The notes under the pieces were generated by a model. It was not told the origin of the DNA, ran no database searches, and saw only the letters and a list, made by a program, of their open reading frames with translations. From Myxococcota bacterium (lineage in GTDB: Bacteria > Myxococcota_A > UBA9160 > UBA6930): a stretch of DNA of 64,000 bases. The position numbers and the translations under genes were made by a program. Positions 27,657 to 37,991 of the stretch are shown here, in pieces (within the stretch, counting starts at the first letter, position 1; every line of letters starts with the position of its first letter). The stretch lies in contig OZ245015.1 in assembly GCA_965223705.1 (NCBI GenBank), forward strand, positions 2,688,001 through 2,752,000, written 5' to 3'.

Positions 27657-30077
27657 TCAGGCGCTCTCCGGAAGGAGTGTCCGCGTGAGGACCTGATCGA
27701 TCGTACCGACGTATTCTAGATCGAGTCCGTCCAGGAGCGGCTCGGGAATCTCTTCAACGTCACGCAAGTTGCGCTCCGGGAGGAGAACCCGACGGATTCC
27801 CGCGCGTTTCGCGGCCAGGAGCTTTTCCTTGATCCCGCCCACCGGCAGCACTTTGCCGCGGAGCGTGATCTCGCCCGTCATGGCCACATCCGATGGTGCA
27901 GCACGGCCCGTCAGGAGCGATGCGAGGGACGTCACCATGGCGACGCCAGCTGAAGGTCCGTCTTTCGGAATCGCCCCCGACGGCACGTGAATGTGTAGGT
28001 CGTTCGACTCAAACGGTGTCTCTGACACACCCAGGTCGGGCGCCCGCGTGCGAAGCCACGACCTCGCCGCCTCCGCGGACTCGCGCATGACGTCGCCGAG
28101 GGAACCCGTGAGCTTGAGCTCGCCCTTTCCGGGCATCCGGGTGGACTCGATAAACAGGATGTCGCCGCCGACCGGCGTGTAGGCGAGGCCCACCGCGACG
28201 CCGGGCTTTCCGGCGCGGTCTGCCAGCTCCGATTCGTAGCGGACGGGTCCGAGCCACGTCGCCAGATCTTCCGGCCGAATGACGATGGCATCCGGCGGGG
28301 TCTCGGCCTCGGCGACCTGGCGCGCCGTCTTGCGGCACAAAGCGCCGAGTTCGCGCTCGAGGTTTCTCACTCCGGCTTCTCGCGTGTAGTGGTGGATCAA
28401 GGCACGTACGGTCTCGTCGGGAATCTCAAGGGCGACTTCCGCTACGCCGTTGTCCCGTCGCTGCCGGGGAATGAGAAAGCGCCTCGCGATCTCGAGCTTG
28501 TCTTCCTCGGTGTATCCCGGCAGCTCGATGATCTCCATCCGGTCGCGCAGCGCCGGCGGGATGGGATCGAGCGTGTTCGCCGTCGCGACAAAGAGCACCT
28601 GCGACAAGTCGAAGGGAACTTCGAGGTAGTGGTCGCTAAACGTCGCGTTCTGTTCCGGGTCGAGCACTTCGAGGAGCGCGGACGAGGGATCGCCTCGATA
28701 GTCGGCGCCGACTTTATCCACCTCATCGAGCAGGAACACGGGATTGCGTGTCCCGGCCCTCCTCAGGTTCTGCACGATTCGCCCGGGCATGGCACCGACG
28801 TAGGTGCGGCGGTGGCCTCGGATTTCGGCTTCGTCGCGCACCCCGCCGAGCGAGACGCGGCAGAATTCTCGCGAGAGGGCTCGCGCGATCGAGCGGCCGA
28901 GCGAGGTCTTGCCCGTTCCCGGAGGACCGACGAAGCACAAGATCGGGCTCTTCAGATCGCGTTTCAGCGATAGCACCGCGATGTACTCGAGAATGCGTTC
29001 TTTGATTTTCTCGAGGCCCCAGTGGTCCTCGTCGAGGATCCGCGCGGCGGCATCGAGATCGAGCACGTCTTCGCTTTGCTTCTGCCACGGCAGATCGGTC
29101 ATCCACTCGAGATACGTGCGAATGACGCCGTATTCCGCGGCTGCTGACGGCGTCTCGGAGAGACGCGACAGCTCTCGCGTCGCTTGCTTGTGCGCCTCCT
29201 CGGGCATCCCCGACGCTTCGATGCGCTCGCGGAAGCGAGCGACTTCGGCGTCCTGGTCCTCGGTCTCGCCGAGCTCTTTCCGGATCTGGTCGAGCTGTTG
29301 GCGAAGGATGTACTCGCGCTGGGTCTTTCCGATATCCGTCTGAACTTTTTCGCGGATCTCGCTCTCGATGCGAATTTCGTCTCGTGCGCGTCGTAGCTCC
29401 TGCTCGACGATGCGCAGGCGATCGACCACGTCGAGCTGCTCGAGCAGCCGCTGCTTGGCCGACACGTCGATCTTCAAGTGTGAACCCACCAGGTCCGCGA
29501 GCGCCGACACTTCCTCGGTGCCGTGCGCCAACGCTTGGAGATCGTCGGACAGTCGCGCGTTCTCGGCGACATGGCTCGCGAATTCATCGCGCACGGTACG
29601 CGCGAGCGCCGTCGCTTCGACGGATTCGACATCGCCGTACTCTTCCAGCGCTTCGACGCGGGCGCGGAGATACGGCGCTTCCGACACATATTCGCGGATT
29701 TCGGCACGCGCCACGCCCTGCACCACCAGACGATAGGAATCGTCGGAGAACTTGAGCATGCGCACCACGCGCATGACGGTGCCCGACCGATAGAGGTCGC
29801 TTGGCGTCGGGCTTCCGTCGAGCTCTCCGCGAACCGCGACGGCAAGCATCATGCGCTCGGGCGTCACGAGCACAGCGTCGATCACCCGCTTCGAACGCTC
29901 CGTGTTGACCAACAACGGAGACATCAAGGCGGGAAAGAGCACCGTGTTCTTCAGCGGTAGAACCGGCAGCGTTTCCGGCAACTCGAGCGTTTCGATCTCG
30001 TCACCGTCGTCGAATTCGACGGCGACTTCTTCCGCACCCTCGGCCATGGTCTCGAGACGTCGTTCTTCGTCGCTCAT
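27657..30077 (-). CDS. lon: ATP-dependent Lon protease, copy 2
   Basis: [45 protein letters not shown] 30077 overlaps the hsp20 stop (ATGA). Confidence 0.96.
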   Translation of the reverse strand: MSDEERRLETMAEGAEEVAVEFDDGDEIETLELPETLPVLPLKNTVLFPALMSPLLVNTERSKRVIDAVLVTPERMMLAVAVRGELDGSPTPSDLYRSGTVMRVVRMLKFSDDSYRLVVQGVARAEIREYVSEAPYLRARVEALEEYGDVESVEATALARTVRDEFASHVAENARLSDDLQALAHGTEEVSALADLVGSHLKIDVSAKQRLLEQLDVVDRLRIVEQELRRARDEIRIESEIREKVQTDIGKTQREYILRQQLDQIRKELGETEDQDAEVARFRERIEASGMPEEAHKQATRELSRLSETPSAAAEYGVIRTYLEWMTDLPWQKQSEDVLDLDAAARILDEDHWGLEKIKERILEYIAVLSLKRDLKSPILCFVGPPGTGKTSLGRSIARALSREFCRVSLGGVRDEAEIRGHRRTYVGAMPGRIVQNLRRAGTRNPVFLLDEVDKVGADYRGDPSSALLEVLDPEQNATFSDHYLEVPFDLSQVLFVATANTLDPIPPALRDRMEIIELPGYTEEDKLEIARRFLIPRQRRDNGVAEVALEIPDETVRALIHHYTREAGVRNLERELGALCRKTARQVAEAETPPDAIVIRPEDLATWLGPVRYESELADRAGKPGVAVGLAYTPVGGDILFIESTRMPGKGELKLTGSLGDVMRESAEAARSWLRTRAPDLGVSETPFESNDLHIHVPSGAIPKDGPSAGVAMVTSLASLLTGRAAPSDVAMTGEITLRGKVLPVGGIKEKLLAAKRAGIRRVLLPERNLRDVEEIPEPLLDGLDLEYVGTIDQVLTRTLLPESA

Positions 30078-30430
30078 GACGTTTCTCCGGCCACTTCGAT
30101 CTTCCGGTGGTGCGGGTCGCGCTTCTGGAGCGCCACCACGAGGAAGCCGTCTTCCAGGTGGGCGCTGACCTGATCCGGATCGAAAGGAACCTCGACGCGA
30201 ATCGTCCTTTCGAAGGGGCCGAATGCGATTTCCATCCGGTGAACGCGGAGCGGACTGTGGGACTCGGCGGAGCGCCGGACTCCACGGATCGTCACGCGGT
30301 CTCCGTCCACGCGGACGCGTACGTCCTGGCTTCGCACCCCCGCGAGCTCCACCCGGATCGTGACCGCCTTCTCCGTCTCCGCGATGTCGACGGCGGGCTG
30401 CCAATGATCGTGGTCCGAAAAACCGCTCAG
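30074..30430 (-). CDS. Hsp20/alpha-crystallin small heat-shock protein (probable CTG start)
   Basis: The frame extends upstream of GTG 30352 through [23 protein letters not shown], then [11 protein letters not shown] and [11 protein letters not shown] at 30430 overlaps the dnaK TGA and has GAGGAG upstream. Confidence 0.85.
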   Translation of the reverse strand: MSGFSDHDHWQPAVDIAETEKAVTIRVELAGVRSQDVRVRVDGDRVTIRGVRRSAESHSPLRVHRMEIAFGPFERTIRVEVPFDPDQVSAHLEDGFLVVALQKRDPHHRKIEVAGETS

Positions 30431-32334
30431 GAAGCCTTCTCCTCGGTGTACTCGGCGTCGATCACGTCGTCGTCGTCCGAGCCGCTCGCCGCGGTCTCTC
30501 CCCCCGCTTCCGCGCCACCGGCGGCGGCATCCGCCTTGTAGAGCGCCTCCGCCAGCTTGTGGGTCGCCTGTTCGACCCGCTGCGTCGCCGCGTCGATCCG
30601 TGCCGCATCATCGGAAGCGAGATCGTCTTTCGCTTCCTTGAGCACTTCCTCGACGTGTTTGCGCTCTTCCTCGGGGAGCTTGTCGGCGTTCTCCGCGATG
30701 TTCTTCTCCGCGCCGTAGATCATGGCGTCGAGTGCATTGTGCTTCTCGATCTTCTCGCGGCGTTCCCGGTCTTCGCTGGCGTGCGCTTCCGCGTCTTTCA
30801 CCATGCGATCGATCTCGTCTTTCTCGAGACCACCCGAGCCTTCGATACGGATCGACTGTTCCTTGTTGGTCGCGACGTCCTTGGCGTTCACCGAAAGGAT
30901 GCCGTTCGCATCGATGTCGAACGTCACTTCGATCTGGGGCACGCCGCGCGGCGCCGCGGGGATTCCGTCGAGGATGAACTTGCCGAGCTCGCGATTGTCG
31001 TTCGCCATCTCGCGTTCGCCCTGGAGGACCCGGATTTCCACCTGCGGCTGATTGTCCGCCGCCGTTGAGAAGACTTGACTCCGCTTCGAGGGAATCGTCG
31101 TGTTCCGCTCGATCAGCTTCGTCATCACCGAGCCCATGGTTTCGATACCGAGGGACAGGGGCGTCACGTCGAGCAGCAGCACGTCCTTGACGTCGCCGGC
31201 GAGTACGCCGCCTTGGATCGCTGCGCCGACGGCCACGACCTCGTCGGGGTTGACGCTGCGGTTCGGATCCTTGCCGAAAAGCTCTTTGACCTTCTCCTGG
31301 ACGAGCGGCACCCGGGTCGAGCCGCCGACGAGCACCACTTCGTCGATCTCGGAAGACTTCAGTCCCGCATCCACGAGCGCCTTGCGACAAGGCTCGAGCG
31401 TGCGCTCGACGAGATCCCCGACCAGCTGCTCGAACTTCGCCCGCGAGAGCTTCAGATTCATGTGCTTCGGGCCGCTCGCATCGGCGGTCACGTAGGGCAA
31501 GTTGATGTCGGTACTGGCCGAGGTCGACAGCTCGATCTTCGCCTTCTCGGCGGCTTCGCGGAGGCGCTGCATCGCCATGGGATCCTTCGCCAGATCGACA
31601 CCCTGATCCTTCTTGAACTCGTCGATCAGGTATTCGATCACCCGCTGGTCCAAGTTGTCGCCGCCCAGATGGGTATCGCCGTTCGTCGATTTCACCTCGA
31701 CGACGTTCTCACCGACTTCGAGAATCGAGATGTCGAACGTTCCGCCGCCGAAATCGTAGACGGCGATCTTCTCGTCGCTCTTCTTGTCGAGCCCGTACGC
31801 CAGCGCAGCTGCCGTGGGTTCGTTGATGATCCGCTTGACGTCGAGTCCCGCGATCTTGCCGGCGTCCTTCGTGGCTTGGCGCTGGGCGTCGTTGAAGTAC
31901 GCCGGGACGGTAATCACCGCGCCGGTCACGGGCTGACCGAGGTAGTCCTCGGCGGCCTTCTTCAGTTTCTGCAGAATCATCGCCGAGATCTCGGGCGGTG
32001 AATACGTCTTGTCGTCGATCTGGACCGAGGCAGTCCCCTCTTTCCCCTCGACGACCTTGTACGGTACGAGACTGATCTCTTCGGGAACTTCCGAGAGCCG
32101 CCGACCCATGAATCGCTTGACGGAGTAGACCGTCCGCTCGGGGTTGGTCACGGCCTGACGTTTCGCGATCGCGCCGACCGGCCGCTCGCCGTCATCGGTG
32201 AAACCCACGACGGACGGCGTCGTCCGGCCCCCCTCTTCGTTGGTGATGACGGTGGGCTGCCCGCCTTCCATCACGGCGACGACGGAATTCGTGGTGCCGA
32301 GGTCAATTCCGATGATTTTTCCAGTGTCAGCCAT
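30427..32334 (-). CDS. dnaK: Molecular chaperone DnaK (Hsp70)
   Basis: [50 protein letters not shown] tail. GGAGG SD. Confidence 0.99.
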   Translation of the reverse strand: MADTGKIIGIDLGTTNSVVAVMEGGQPTVITNEEGGRTTPSVVGFTDDGERPVGAIAKRQAVTNPERTVYSVKRFMGRRLSEVPEEISLVPYKVVEGKEGTASVQIDDKTYSPPEISAMILQKLKKAAEDYLGQPVTGAVITVPAYFNDAQRQATKDAGKIAGLDVKRIINEPTAAALAYGLDKKSDEKIAVYDFGGGTFDISILEVGENVVEVKSTNGDTHLGGDNLDQRVIEYLIDEFKKDQGVDLAKDPMAMQRLREAAEKAKIELSTSASTDINLPYVTADASGPKHMNLKLSRAKFEQLVGDLVERTLEPCRKALVDAGLKSSEIDEVVLVGGSTRVPLVQEKVKELFGKDPNRSVNPDEVVAVGAAIQGGVLAGDVKDVLLLDVTPLSLGIETMGSVMTKLIERNTTIPSKRSQVFSTAADNQPQVEIRVLQGEREMANDNRELGKFILDGIPAAPRGVPQIEVTFDIDANGILSVNAKDVATNKEQSIRIEGSGGLEKDEIDRMVKDAEAHASEDRERREKIEKHNALDAMIYGAEKNIAENADKLPEEERKHVEEVLKEAKDDLASDDAARIDAATQRVEQATHKLAEALYKADAAAGGAEAGGETAASGSDDDDVIDAEYTEEKAS

Positions 32335-32357
32335 GTCGCGGATGTCCTCCGTAATAA

Positions 32358-32419
32358 AGTGGGCGCCGCTTTTCGAGCGGCGTGCACGCTCAACCTGTGA
32401 TCCGGGCGCCCACTGTCAA
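32358..32419 (-). promoter_or_regulatory. Putative dnaK promoter (TTGACA -35) with 10-bp inverted repeat and leader hairpin
   Basis: Minus-strand TTGACA at 32419-32414 and weak -10 CAGGTT. AGTGGGCGCC (32358-32367) and GGCGCCCACT (32405-32414) are reverse complements. Confidence 0.5.
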
Positions 32420-32713
32420 CCGCACTCCTCAGGATGGGCTCCGATTTGCCGATGAATTGCCCGTGACCGTGGCGCCGTTCCTACAAAACCGACCCCCGTG
32501 GGGGATTCCGGCAACCTCGAATGTCCACGCGGTGTCGGACCCCTCGATCACTCCCCTCGACCCGAAAGCAAAGCGCTTGATGACCAGTGTGGGAGCGATC
32601 ACTAAACCCCTGGAATTGCAACGGATTTGCCCTGGAGCGATGCGCGGTGAGCGATATACTCCCAGGTCGGTTCCCCCGAAACCTGCGACGTCCTCCTGGC
32701 ATCCCGGAGAATC

Positions 32714-33646
32714 ATGAGCCGAGCGGCTATCTGGACGATCAACCTCGGCCTTTTCGTGCTGTGTTGCTTCCTGGCGGCCCGCATCGCCATCGATGTGACC
32801 ACGGGCTTCTTGCCAGGCGATGGCGAGGCACAGCCCGAGGCCGCGGTACAAGCGGCTGCGCCCGGAAAGAAGACCTGGCAGCAACGGCAGGTGATCCTCA
32901 CCCGAAACCTGTTCAACGCCAAAGGGTTGGCGCCGGCACAACCATCGCCCGAGGATCTCGAAGAGTCCTACGCGAAGACGAAGCTTCCACTGCGACTGCT
33001 GGGCACCGTGGCGTCGAGCCAACAGGAGCTCGCTTGGGCAGCGGTTGAGGACACGGAGCGGCGAGAACATCTCGTGGTCCGATTGAAGGACAAGCTGAAA
33101 GGCCGCGCCGAAGTCATCCGGATCGATCCCCGGCGCATCGTCCTGCTGAATGCCGGCCGCAAAGAAGAGCTCAATCTCGATGCCGAGGACACCGGCAACC
33201 GACGGCGAGGCCAACGCGCCTCGGCGCGGCGATCGCCTCGCCGCCAGGCCCGTCCCCGCGCAGCTCGCCCCCCGAGCGGGGGAAATACCCAACAAAATGG
33301 GCAGCCGTTCTCCAGCCCCTTCGACCAGATTCGGGGTTCCAACGGTGCGTCGATTCAGGACATCGTGAACAATCCCGCCGCTCTCTTGTCTCAGGCGCGC
33401 ATTGTGCCGAAGTATGAGAACGGCGAAATGGTCGGTATGGAGCTATCCGGGATTAAGCCGGGCAGCGTCTTCGAAGCGATGGGTATTCAAGAGGGCGACA
33501 CCATCCGAGAATTGAACGGTATCTCTGTGGCGGATCAGGAAGGCAGCAGCCAGGCACTCGCCGAGCTGTCGTCATCGAAATCCATCACGGTCACCGTAAC
33601 GGGCGTCGACGGCTCGACGCGTCAGCTTCAGCATGAGATTCGCTAG
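32714..33646 (+). CDS. gspC: Type II secretion system protein C (HR + PDZ domain)
   Basis: N-terminal TM, RNLF, LRLLGTV HR domain, C-terminal PDZ (ARIVP...G..LSGIKPGSVF..MGIQEGDTI..LNG). First gene of the gsp cluster. Confidence 0.85.
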   Translation: MSRAAIWTINLGLFVLCCFLAARIAIDVTTGFLPGDGEAQPEAAVQAAAPGKKTWQQRQVILTRNLFNAKGLAPAQPSPEDLEESYAKTKLPLRLLGTVASSQQELAWAAVEDTERREHLVVRLKDKLKGRAEVIRIDPRRIVLLNAGRKEELNLDAEDTGNRRRGQRASARRSPRRQARPRAARPPSGGNTQQNGQPFSSPFDQIRGSNGASIQDIVNNPAALLSQARIVPKYENGEMVGMELSGIKPGSVFEAMGIQEGDTIRELNGISVADQEGSSQALAELSSSKSITVTVTGVDGSTRQLQHEIR

Positions 33647-33659
33647 GGCGGGGGGCAAC

Positions 33660-36200
33660 GTGAGAGGTCGGGTTTTCTTGCAGAGTTGGGTGTGCGTTCT
33701 CCTCGCGCTCGCTCTGCCCTTGTCGAGCGCGGCACAACAACGCGGAGCGCAGGAACTCGAGGTCGAGGACGGCATGGTCCAGCTCGACTTCAACGATGTC
33801 GAGCTCACGGTGGTGATCGACACCATCTCGAAGCTCACCGGAACGAACTTCATCTACGACGATCGGGTCCGAGGCCGCGTCACAATCGTCTCGCCGTCGA
33901 AGATTTCGACGGAGCAGGCGTACGCCGTCTTCGAGTCCGTCCTCCAGGTGAAGGGATTTACGACGGTCAAAGGCCCCGGTGGCGTGGTCAAGGTGATCCC
34001 GATTCGCGAGGCGAAAGAGAGCAACATCGAGACCGTCGAAGGACGCCGCCGGCCGCCCAACAGCGACCGCTTCATCACGCGCTTGATCCCGCTCAAGAAC
34101 ATCGATGCCGAAGCGATCGCGGCGACCTTGAACGGTCTCGTCTCGAAAGACGCTTCGATGGTGGCCTACGGCCCGACCAACACGATCATCCTGACGGATT
34201 CGGCGTCGAACATCCGCCGGATTCTGACGATTCTCGAATCCATCGACGTCGAGACGTTCAAGGAAGAGCTCACCGTCATCAAAGTGCGGCACGCGGACGC
34301 CGCGAGCCTGGCAACACAGCTGCAAGAGATTTTCGGCGCCGACGTCAGCGCGGCGAACGCACGACCGCAACCTGTGCGACGTCCCCGGGGCGCGAGGAAC
34401 GGCGCCGCCGGGGCAGCCGCCGTCGTCCAGCCCGGAATGGCGGATACGATCCAGAAGGGCCGCGTTCGCGTCATCACCGACGACCGCACGAACTCTCTCA
34501 TCGTGCTCGCCTCGCGGCAGCGCTTGGCCGAGCTTCGCGAAGTCATCGCGCGACTCGATGTCCCGGTAACCGGCGGCGGGCGGATCCACGTTTACTACCT
34601 GCGGCACGCCGACGCGGAAGAGCTCGCTGAAACGCTGAACGCGCTGATCTCCGGCCAACCGGCGACCCCCAGTGGGGGCGGCGGCGGCGCGGGGGGCGGC
34701 GCTCCGGTCAACCAAGCGGCGCTGCGAGCGGCGATCACCGAACTTTCCGAAGGCGTTACGGTCACCGCCGACCCGCCGACAAACTCCCTGGTCATCCAGG
34801 CGAGCCAAGAGGGGTTCTCGACCCTCTCTCAGGTCGTCGCCCAACTCGACATCGCGCGTCCCCAGGTCCTGGTCGAAGCGCTCATCATGGAAGTCGACGT
34901 CTCCGACGGCGAAGACCTCGGCTTCAGCGGGATCGGACGGATCGTGCGCGGCGACTCCGACTATTCCGTCGGGTCTGTCACCGACGCCGTTACGCCGGGG
35001 CTGTTGAGCGGCGGTTTGAGTGGCAACCTCGCCGGAAACATCGATAACGGTTTTCTGAACAACCTCCTCGCCTCGGCGACGCGCGACACGACCCGGCGCG
35101 ACGCGGATGGAAACATCATCGGCAGCGGTTCTATCGTCCAGGGCATGATTCGCGCCGCGGCGACCGACAACCGGACGAACGTGCTGTCCGCCCCGCACGT
35201 CCTGACTTCTGACAACGAAGAGGCGGAGATCCGCGTCGGCGCCGAGATCCCGATCGTGACGGGCCGCATTCAATCGGCCCAAGGAAACGACACCGGTTTG
35301 TCGACGTCTCAGAACATCGAGCGACAGGACATCGGTGTCACACTCCGGGTGACGCCTCAGATCAGCGAAGGCGAAAGCGTGCGCCTCGAGATCTTCCAGG
35401 AAATCACCGACGTGAACCAGGCCTTGTCGGCAGTCACGGGGAATCCCGAAGAAGTCGGCGTGTCCCTCTCGAAACGAAATGTCGAAAACACCGTCGTGGT
35501 GGGCGACGCGGAGACCGTTGTCATCGGCGGCCTCATCAGCGACGACTACACGGACAACGTCAACAAGATCCCGTGGCTCGGCGACATACCAGTCCTCGGC
35601 TGGGCCTTCAAAACGACGAACCGCGAGCTGACCAAGGTCAACTTGCTGATCTTCTTGACGCCCCACATCGTGCGAAATCCCGGTGACCTCGCGGGCCAGT
35701 CCATTCGCAAGCGCGAAGAGTTCTGGGAGCGTTCGAGCCAGTCCCTGAACCTGTCCGACGCGGAGCGCACGGCTCGCGATCACCGACGCGCGGCGGCGAA
35801 GGCTGCCGGTATCGATCTCGCCGCCGACGAGAACGAGAACCCGGTCATCGATCGACTGGAGAGTCATGCCAAGCGCTACCCGGTCTCGCGCATGAACGAG
35901 CTCCGGAAGACGGACGACGAGGAGGATACGACCCAGAACGGAGAGCCCCTCCCCGGCTACACCGTTTTGGCCGCGGTCTTCCAAGACGAGCGAGCCGCCT
36001 CGGAACTCATGACGGAACTCGTGGACGCGGGCTACGACGGACAGTTAGTGTCGAGTGAATCGAACGGCGTCGTCCTCATGCAAGTCCGCCTCGGACCCTA
36101 CGAACACCTCGAGCAGGCGGAAGAAGTATCGAGCACGGTGCGGGACGCGTTCGGGGTGAGCCCGACCGTGGTGGTGGAACGACCGGAGCGAGATGGCTGA
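33660..36200 (+). CDS. gspD: Type II secretion secretin GspD with C-terminal SPOR-like domain
   Basis: LDFNDVEL, NFIYDDRVRG, N-domains, RPQVLVEALIMEV, LSAPHVLTSDNEEAEI.VG, KIPWLGDIPVLG, LLIFLTPHI. Alternative ATG start at 33633. Confidence 0.95.
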   Translation: MRGRVFLQSWVCVLLALALPLSSAAQQRGAQELEVEDGMVQLDFNDVELTVVIDTISKLTGTNFIYDDRVRGRVTIVSPSKISTEQAYAVFESVLQVKGFTTVKGPGGVVKVIPIREAKESNIETVEGRRRPPNSDRFITRLIPLKNIDAEAIAATLNGLVSKDASMVAYGPTNTIILTDSASNIRRILTILESIDVETFKEELTVIKVRHADAASLATQLQEIFGADVSAANARPQPVRRPRGARNGAAGAAAVVQPGMADTIQKGRVRVITDDRTNSLIVLASRQRLAELREVIARLDVPVTGGGRIHVYYLRHADAEELAETLNALISGQPATPSGGGGGAGGGAPVNQAALRAAITELSEGVTVTADPPTNSLVIQASQEGFSTLSQVVAQLDIARPQVLVEALIMEVDVSDGEDLGFSGIGRIVRGDSDYSVGSVTDAVTPGLLSGGLSGNLAGNIDNGFLNNLLASATRDTTRRDADGNIIGSGSIVQGMIRAAATDNRTNVLSAPHVLTSDNEEAEIRVGAEIPIVTGRIQSAQGNDTGLSTSQNIERQDIGVTLRVTPQISEGESVRLEIFQEITDVNQALSAVTGNPEEVGVSLSKRNVENTVVVGDAETVVIGGLISDDYTDNVNKIPWLGDIPVLGWAFKTTNRELTKVNLLIFLTPHIVRNPGDLAGQSIRKREEFWERSSQSLNLSDAERTARDHRRAAAKAAGIDLAADENENPVIDRLESHAKRYPVSRMNELRKTDDEEDTTQNGEPLPGYTVLAAVFQDERAASELMTELVDAGYDGQLVSSESNGVVLMQVRLGPYEHLEQAEEVSSTVRDAFGVSPTVVVERPERDG

Positions 36201-37929
36201 GCTTCAGGGCACAGAGCACTTTGGACTGCGCGAGACCCTTCTGCGCTGCACCCGACTCTCCCTCGAGCAACTCGAGGAAGCGGTCAAGAAGAAGTCCGAG
36301 ACGCAGTCGAGACTCGTGGACGCGGTCGTCGACCTCGGCTTCCTCAATGAGGAAGAGATTCTCGAAGCTCTAGGTCAGCAGCTCGGCCTCGAGGTCTTCC
36401 CTCAGCTCGAGCCGTCGACCATCGACACCCAGCTCGTGGCGCAGGTCCCCATCGGCTTCGCGAAAACCGCCGGCGTAGTCCCGCTCCGACGCGAAGGCGA
36501 CTCGACGGTTCGTATCGTCGTTTCCGACCCGTTCGACACGGCGACCCTCGACGACCTGCGGCTCCTGTTCGACGGAGCCGATATCGAGACCGGTCTCGCC
36601 ACCCGTCGCTCGATTCTGTCGGTCATCAACCAGGTCTACGACCGAGGCGGCGACTCGATCACGGACATCGTCGAAGACGTGTCCGAAGACTTCAGCTCGG
36701 TCGCGAGCGAGATCATTGCCGAACCCCAGGACCTCCTCGATTCGGATGACGACGCGCCGATCATCCGGTTGGTCGATTCTCTGCTGCAGCAAGCCGTCAA
36801 AGATCGTGCGAGCGATATCCACATCGAACCCTTCGAGAGCGAGATCCGCGTCCGGTTCCGCGTCGACGACATCCTCTACGAACCGGTCGACGCACTGCCG
36901 AAGGTCCTCCTTCCGAGTGTCGTATCGCGCATCAAGATCCTCGGCGGGCTCGACATCGCCGAGAAGCGCCTACCCCAGGACGGCCGAATCCGCTTGAAGA
37001 TCGCCGGGCGCGACTACGACGTCCGCCTCTCGACGGTCCCGGTGGCTCACGGCGAGCGCCTCGTGATGCGGCTCCTTCCGCGAACGACGGAGATGTTGTC
37101 TCTCGAGAAGCTCGGTTACAGCGACGAGCAGCGTACGCTGTGGGAGCGGCTCATTGCGAGACCGAATGGCATCGTGCTGGTTACCGGACCCACGGGTAGC
37201 GGTAAGACGACCAGTCTCTACGCCGCTCTCTCGCGCATCAACCGAACCGATCGCAACATCATCACCATCGACGACCCGGTCGAGATTCAGCTCCCGGGCG
37301 TCGGCCAGATCGAAGTGAACCCGAAGATCGGACTCACCTTCGCCGGGGCGCTCCGCTCCGTCCTGCGTCAAGACCCGAACGTGGTCCTCGTCGGCGAGAT
37401 TCGCGACCTGGAAACCGCCGAAATCGCGATCCAGGCCTCGCTGACCGGTCACTTGGTGTTCTCGACGCTTCACACCAACGACGCCCCCTCGGCGATCACG
37501 CGGCTCGTCGACATGGGCGTCGAGTCCTATCTGGTCGGTTCATCGCTCGTCGCCGTCGTCGCGCAGCGCCTCGTCCGGCAGCTATGCGAGGAGTGCAAAG
37601 AGCCCTACGCGCCGACAGCCGAGGAGCTCGCAGAAATCGGCGTCCGGGCGAAGACGCAAATTACGACGTACCGAGCGACGAGTTGTGCCACGTGTCACCG
37701 AACGGGTTACCGCGGCCGAATCGGCATCTACGAGATGATGCTCGTCGATGACGGGATCCGGTCGCTCATCACACAAAACGTCGATGCGAAGACGATCAAG
37801 CGCAAAGCGGTGGAAAACGGCATGAAGACCTTGCGAGCGGATGGGGCCCGCAAAGTCATCGAAGGCGTCACATCCATCGAGGAAGTGCTTCGAGCGACGG
37901 AAGAAGAAGGCGTCGTCGCCCAGATCTAG
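36193..37929 (+). CDS. gspE: Type II secretion ATPase GspE
   Basis: ASDIHIEP, EKRLPQDG, GPTGSGKTT, LRQDPNVVLVGEIRD, TLHTNDA, CxxC..CxxC. Confidence 0.96.
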   Translation: MAELQGTEHFGLRETLLRCTRLSLEQLEEAVKKKSETQSRLVDAVVDLGFLNEEEILEALGQQLGLEVFPQLEPSTIDTQLVAQVPIGFAKTAGVVPLRREGDSTVRIVVSDPFDTATLDDLRLLFDGADIETGLATRRSILSVINQVYDRGGDSITDIVEDVSEDFSSVASEIIAEPQDLLDSDDDAPIIRLVDSLLQQAVKDRASDIHIEPFESEIRVRFRVDDILYEPVDALPKVLLPSVVSRIKILGGLDIAEKRLPQDGRIRLKIAGRDYDVRLSTVPVAHGERLVMRLLPRTTEMLSLEKLGYSDEQRTLWERLIARPNGIVLVTGPTGSGKTTSLYAALSRINRTDRNIITIDDPVEIQLPGVGQIEVNPKIGLTFAGALRSVLRQDPNVVLVGEIRDLETAEIAIQASLTGHLVFSTLHTNDAPSAITRLVDMGVESYLVGSSLVAVVAQRLVRQLCEECKEPYAPTAEELAEIGVRAKTQITTYRATSCATCHRTGYRGRIGIYEMMLVDDGIRSLITQNVDAKTIKRKAVENGMKTLRADGARKVIEGVTSIEEVLRATEEEGVVAQI

Positions 37930-37991
37930 GGCAAAGGGCGACGGCTTGGGGCGTTGTGCCCTCCCGGTTTACGGTTGTGAGAACGTGAGCA

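Noticed and set aside
30559..32001. Plus-strand ORFs opposite dnaK
   Set aside because: Well-known antisense-ORF artefact of dnaK genes in GC-rich genomes.
32335..32420. CIRCE, HAIR or RNA thermometer upstream of dnaK
   Set aside because: No CIRCE match. The HAIR-like half-sites are spaced 2 nt too far apart, and the leader hairpin does not cover the GGAGG SD.
32435..32449. Possible sigma54 promoter (TGG-N8-TTGC) upstream of gspC
   Set aside because: The GG/GC spacing is right, but the GCACG core is absent, so it is too weak to call.
33591..35984. 797-aa minus-strand ORF
   Set aside because: Antisense shadow of gspD.
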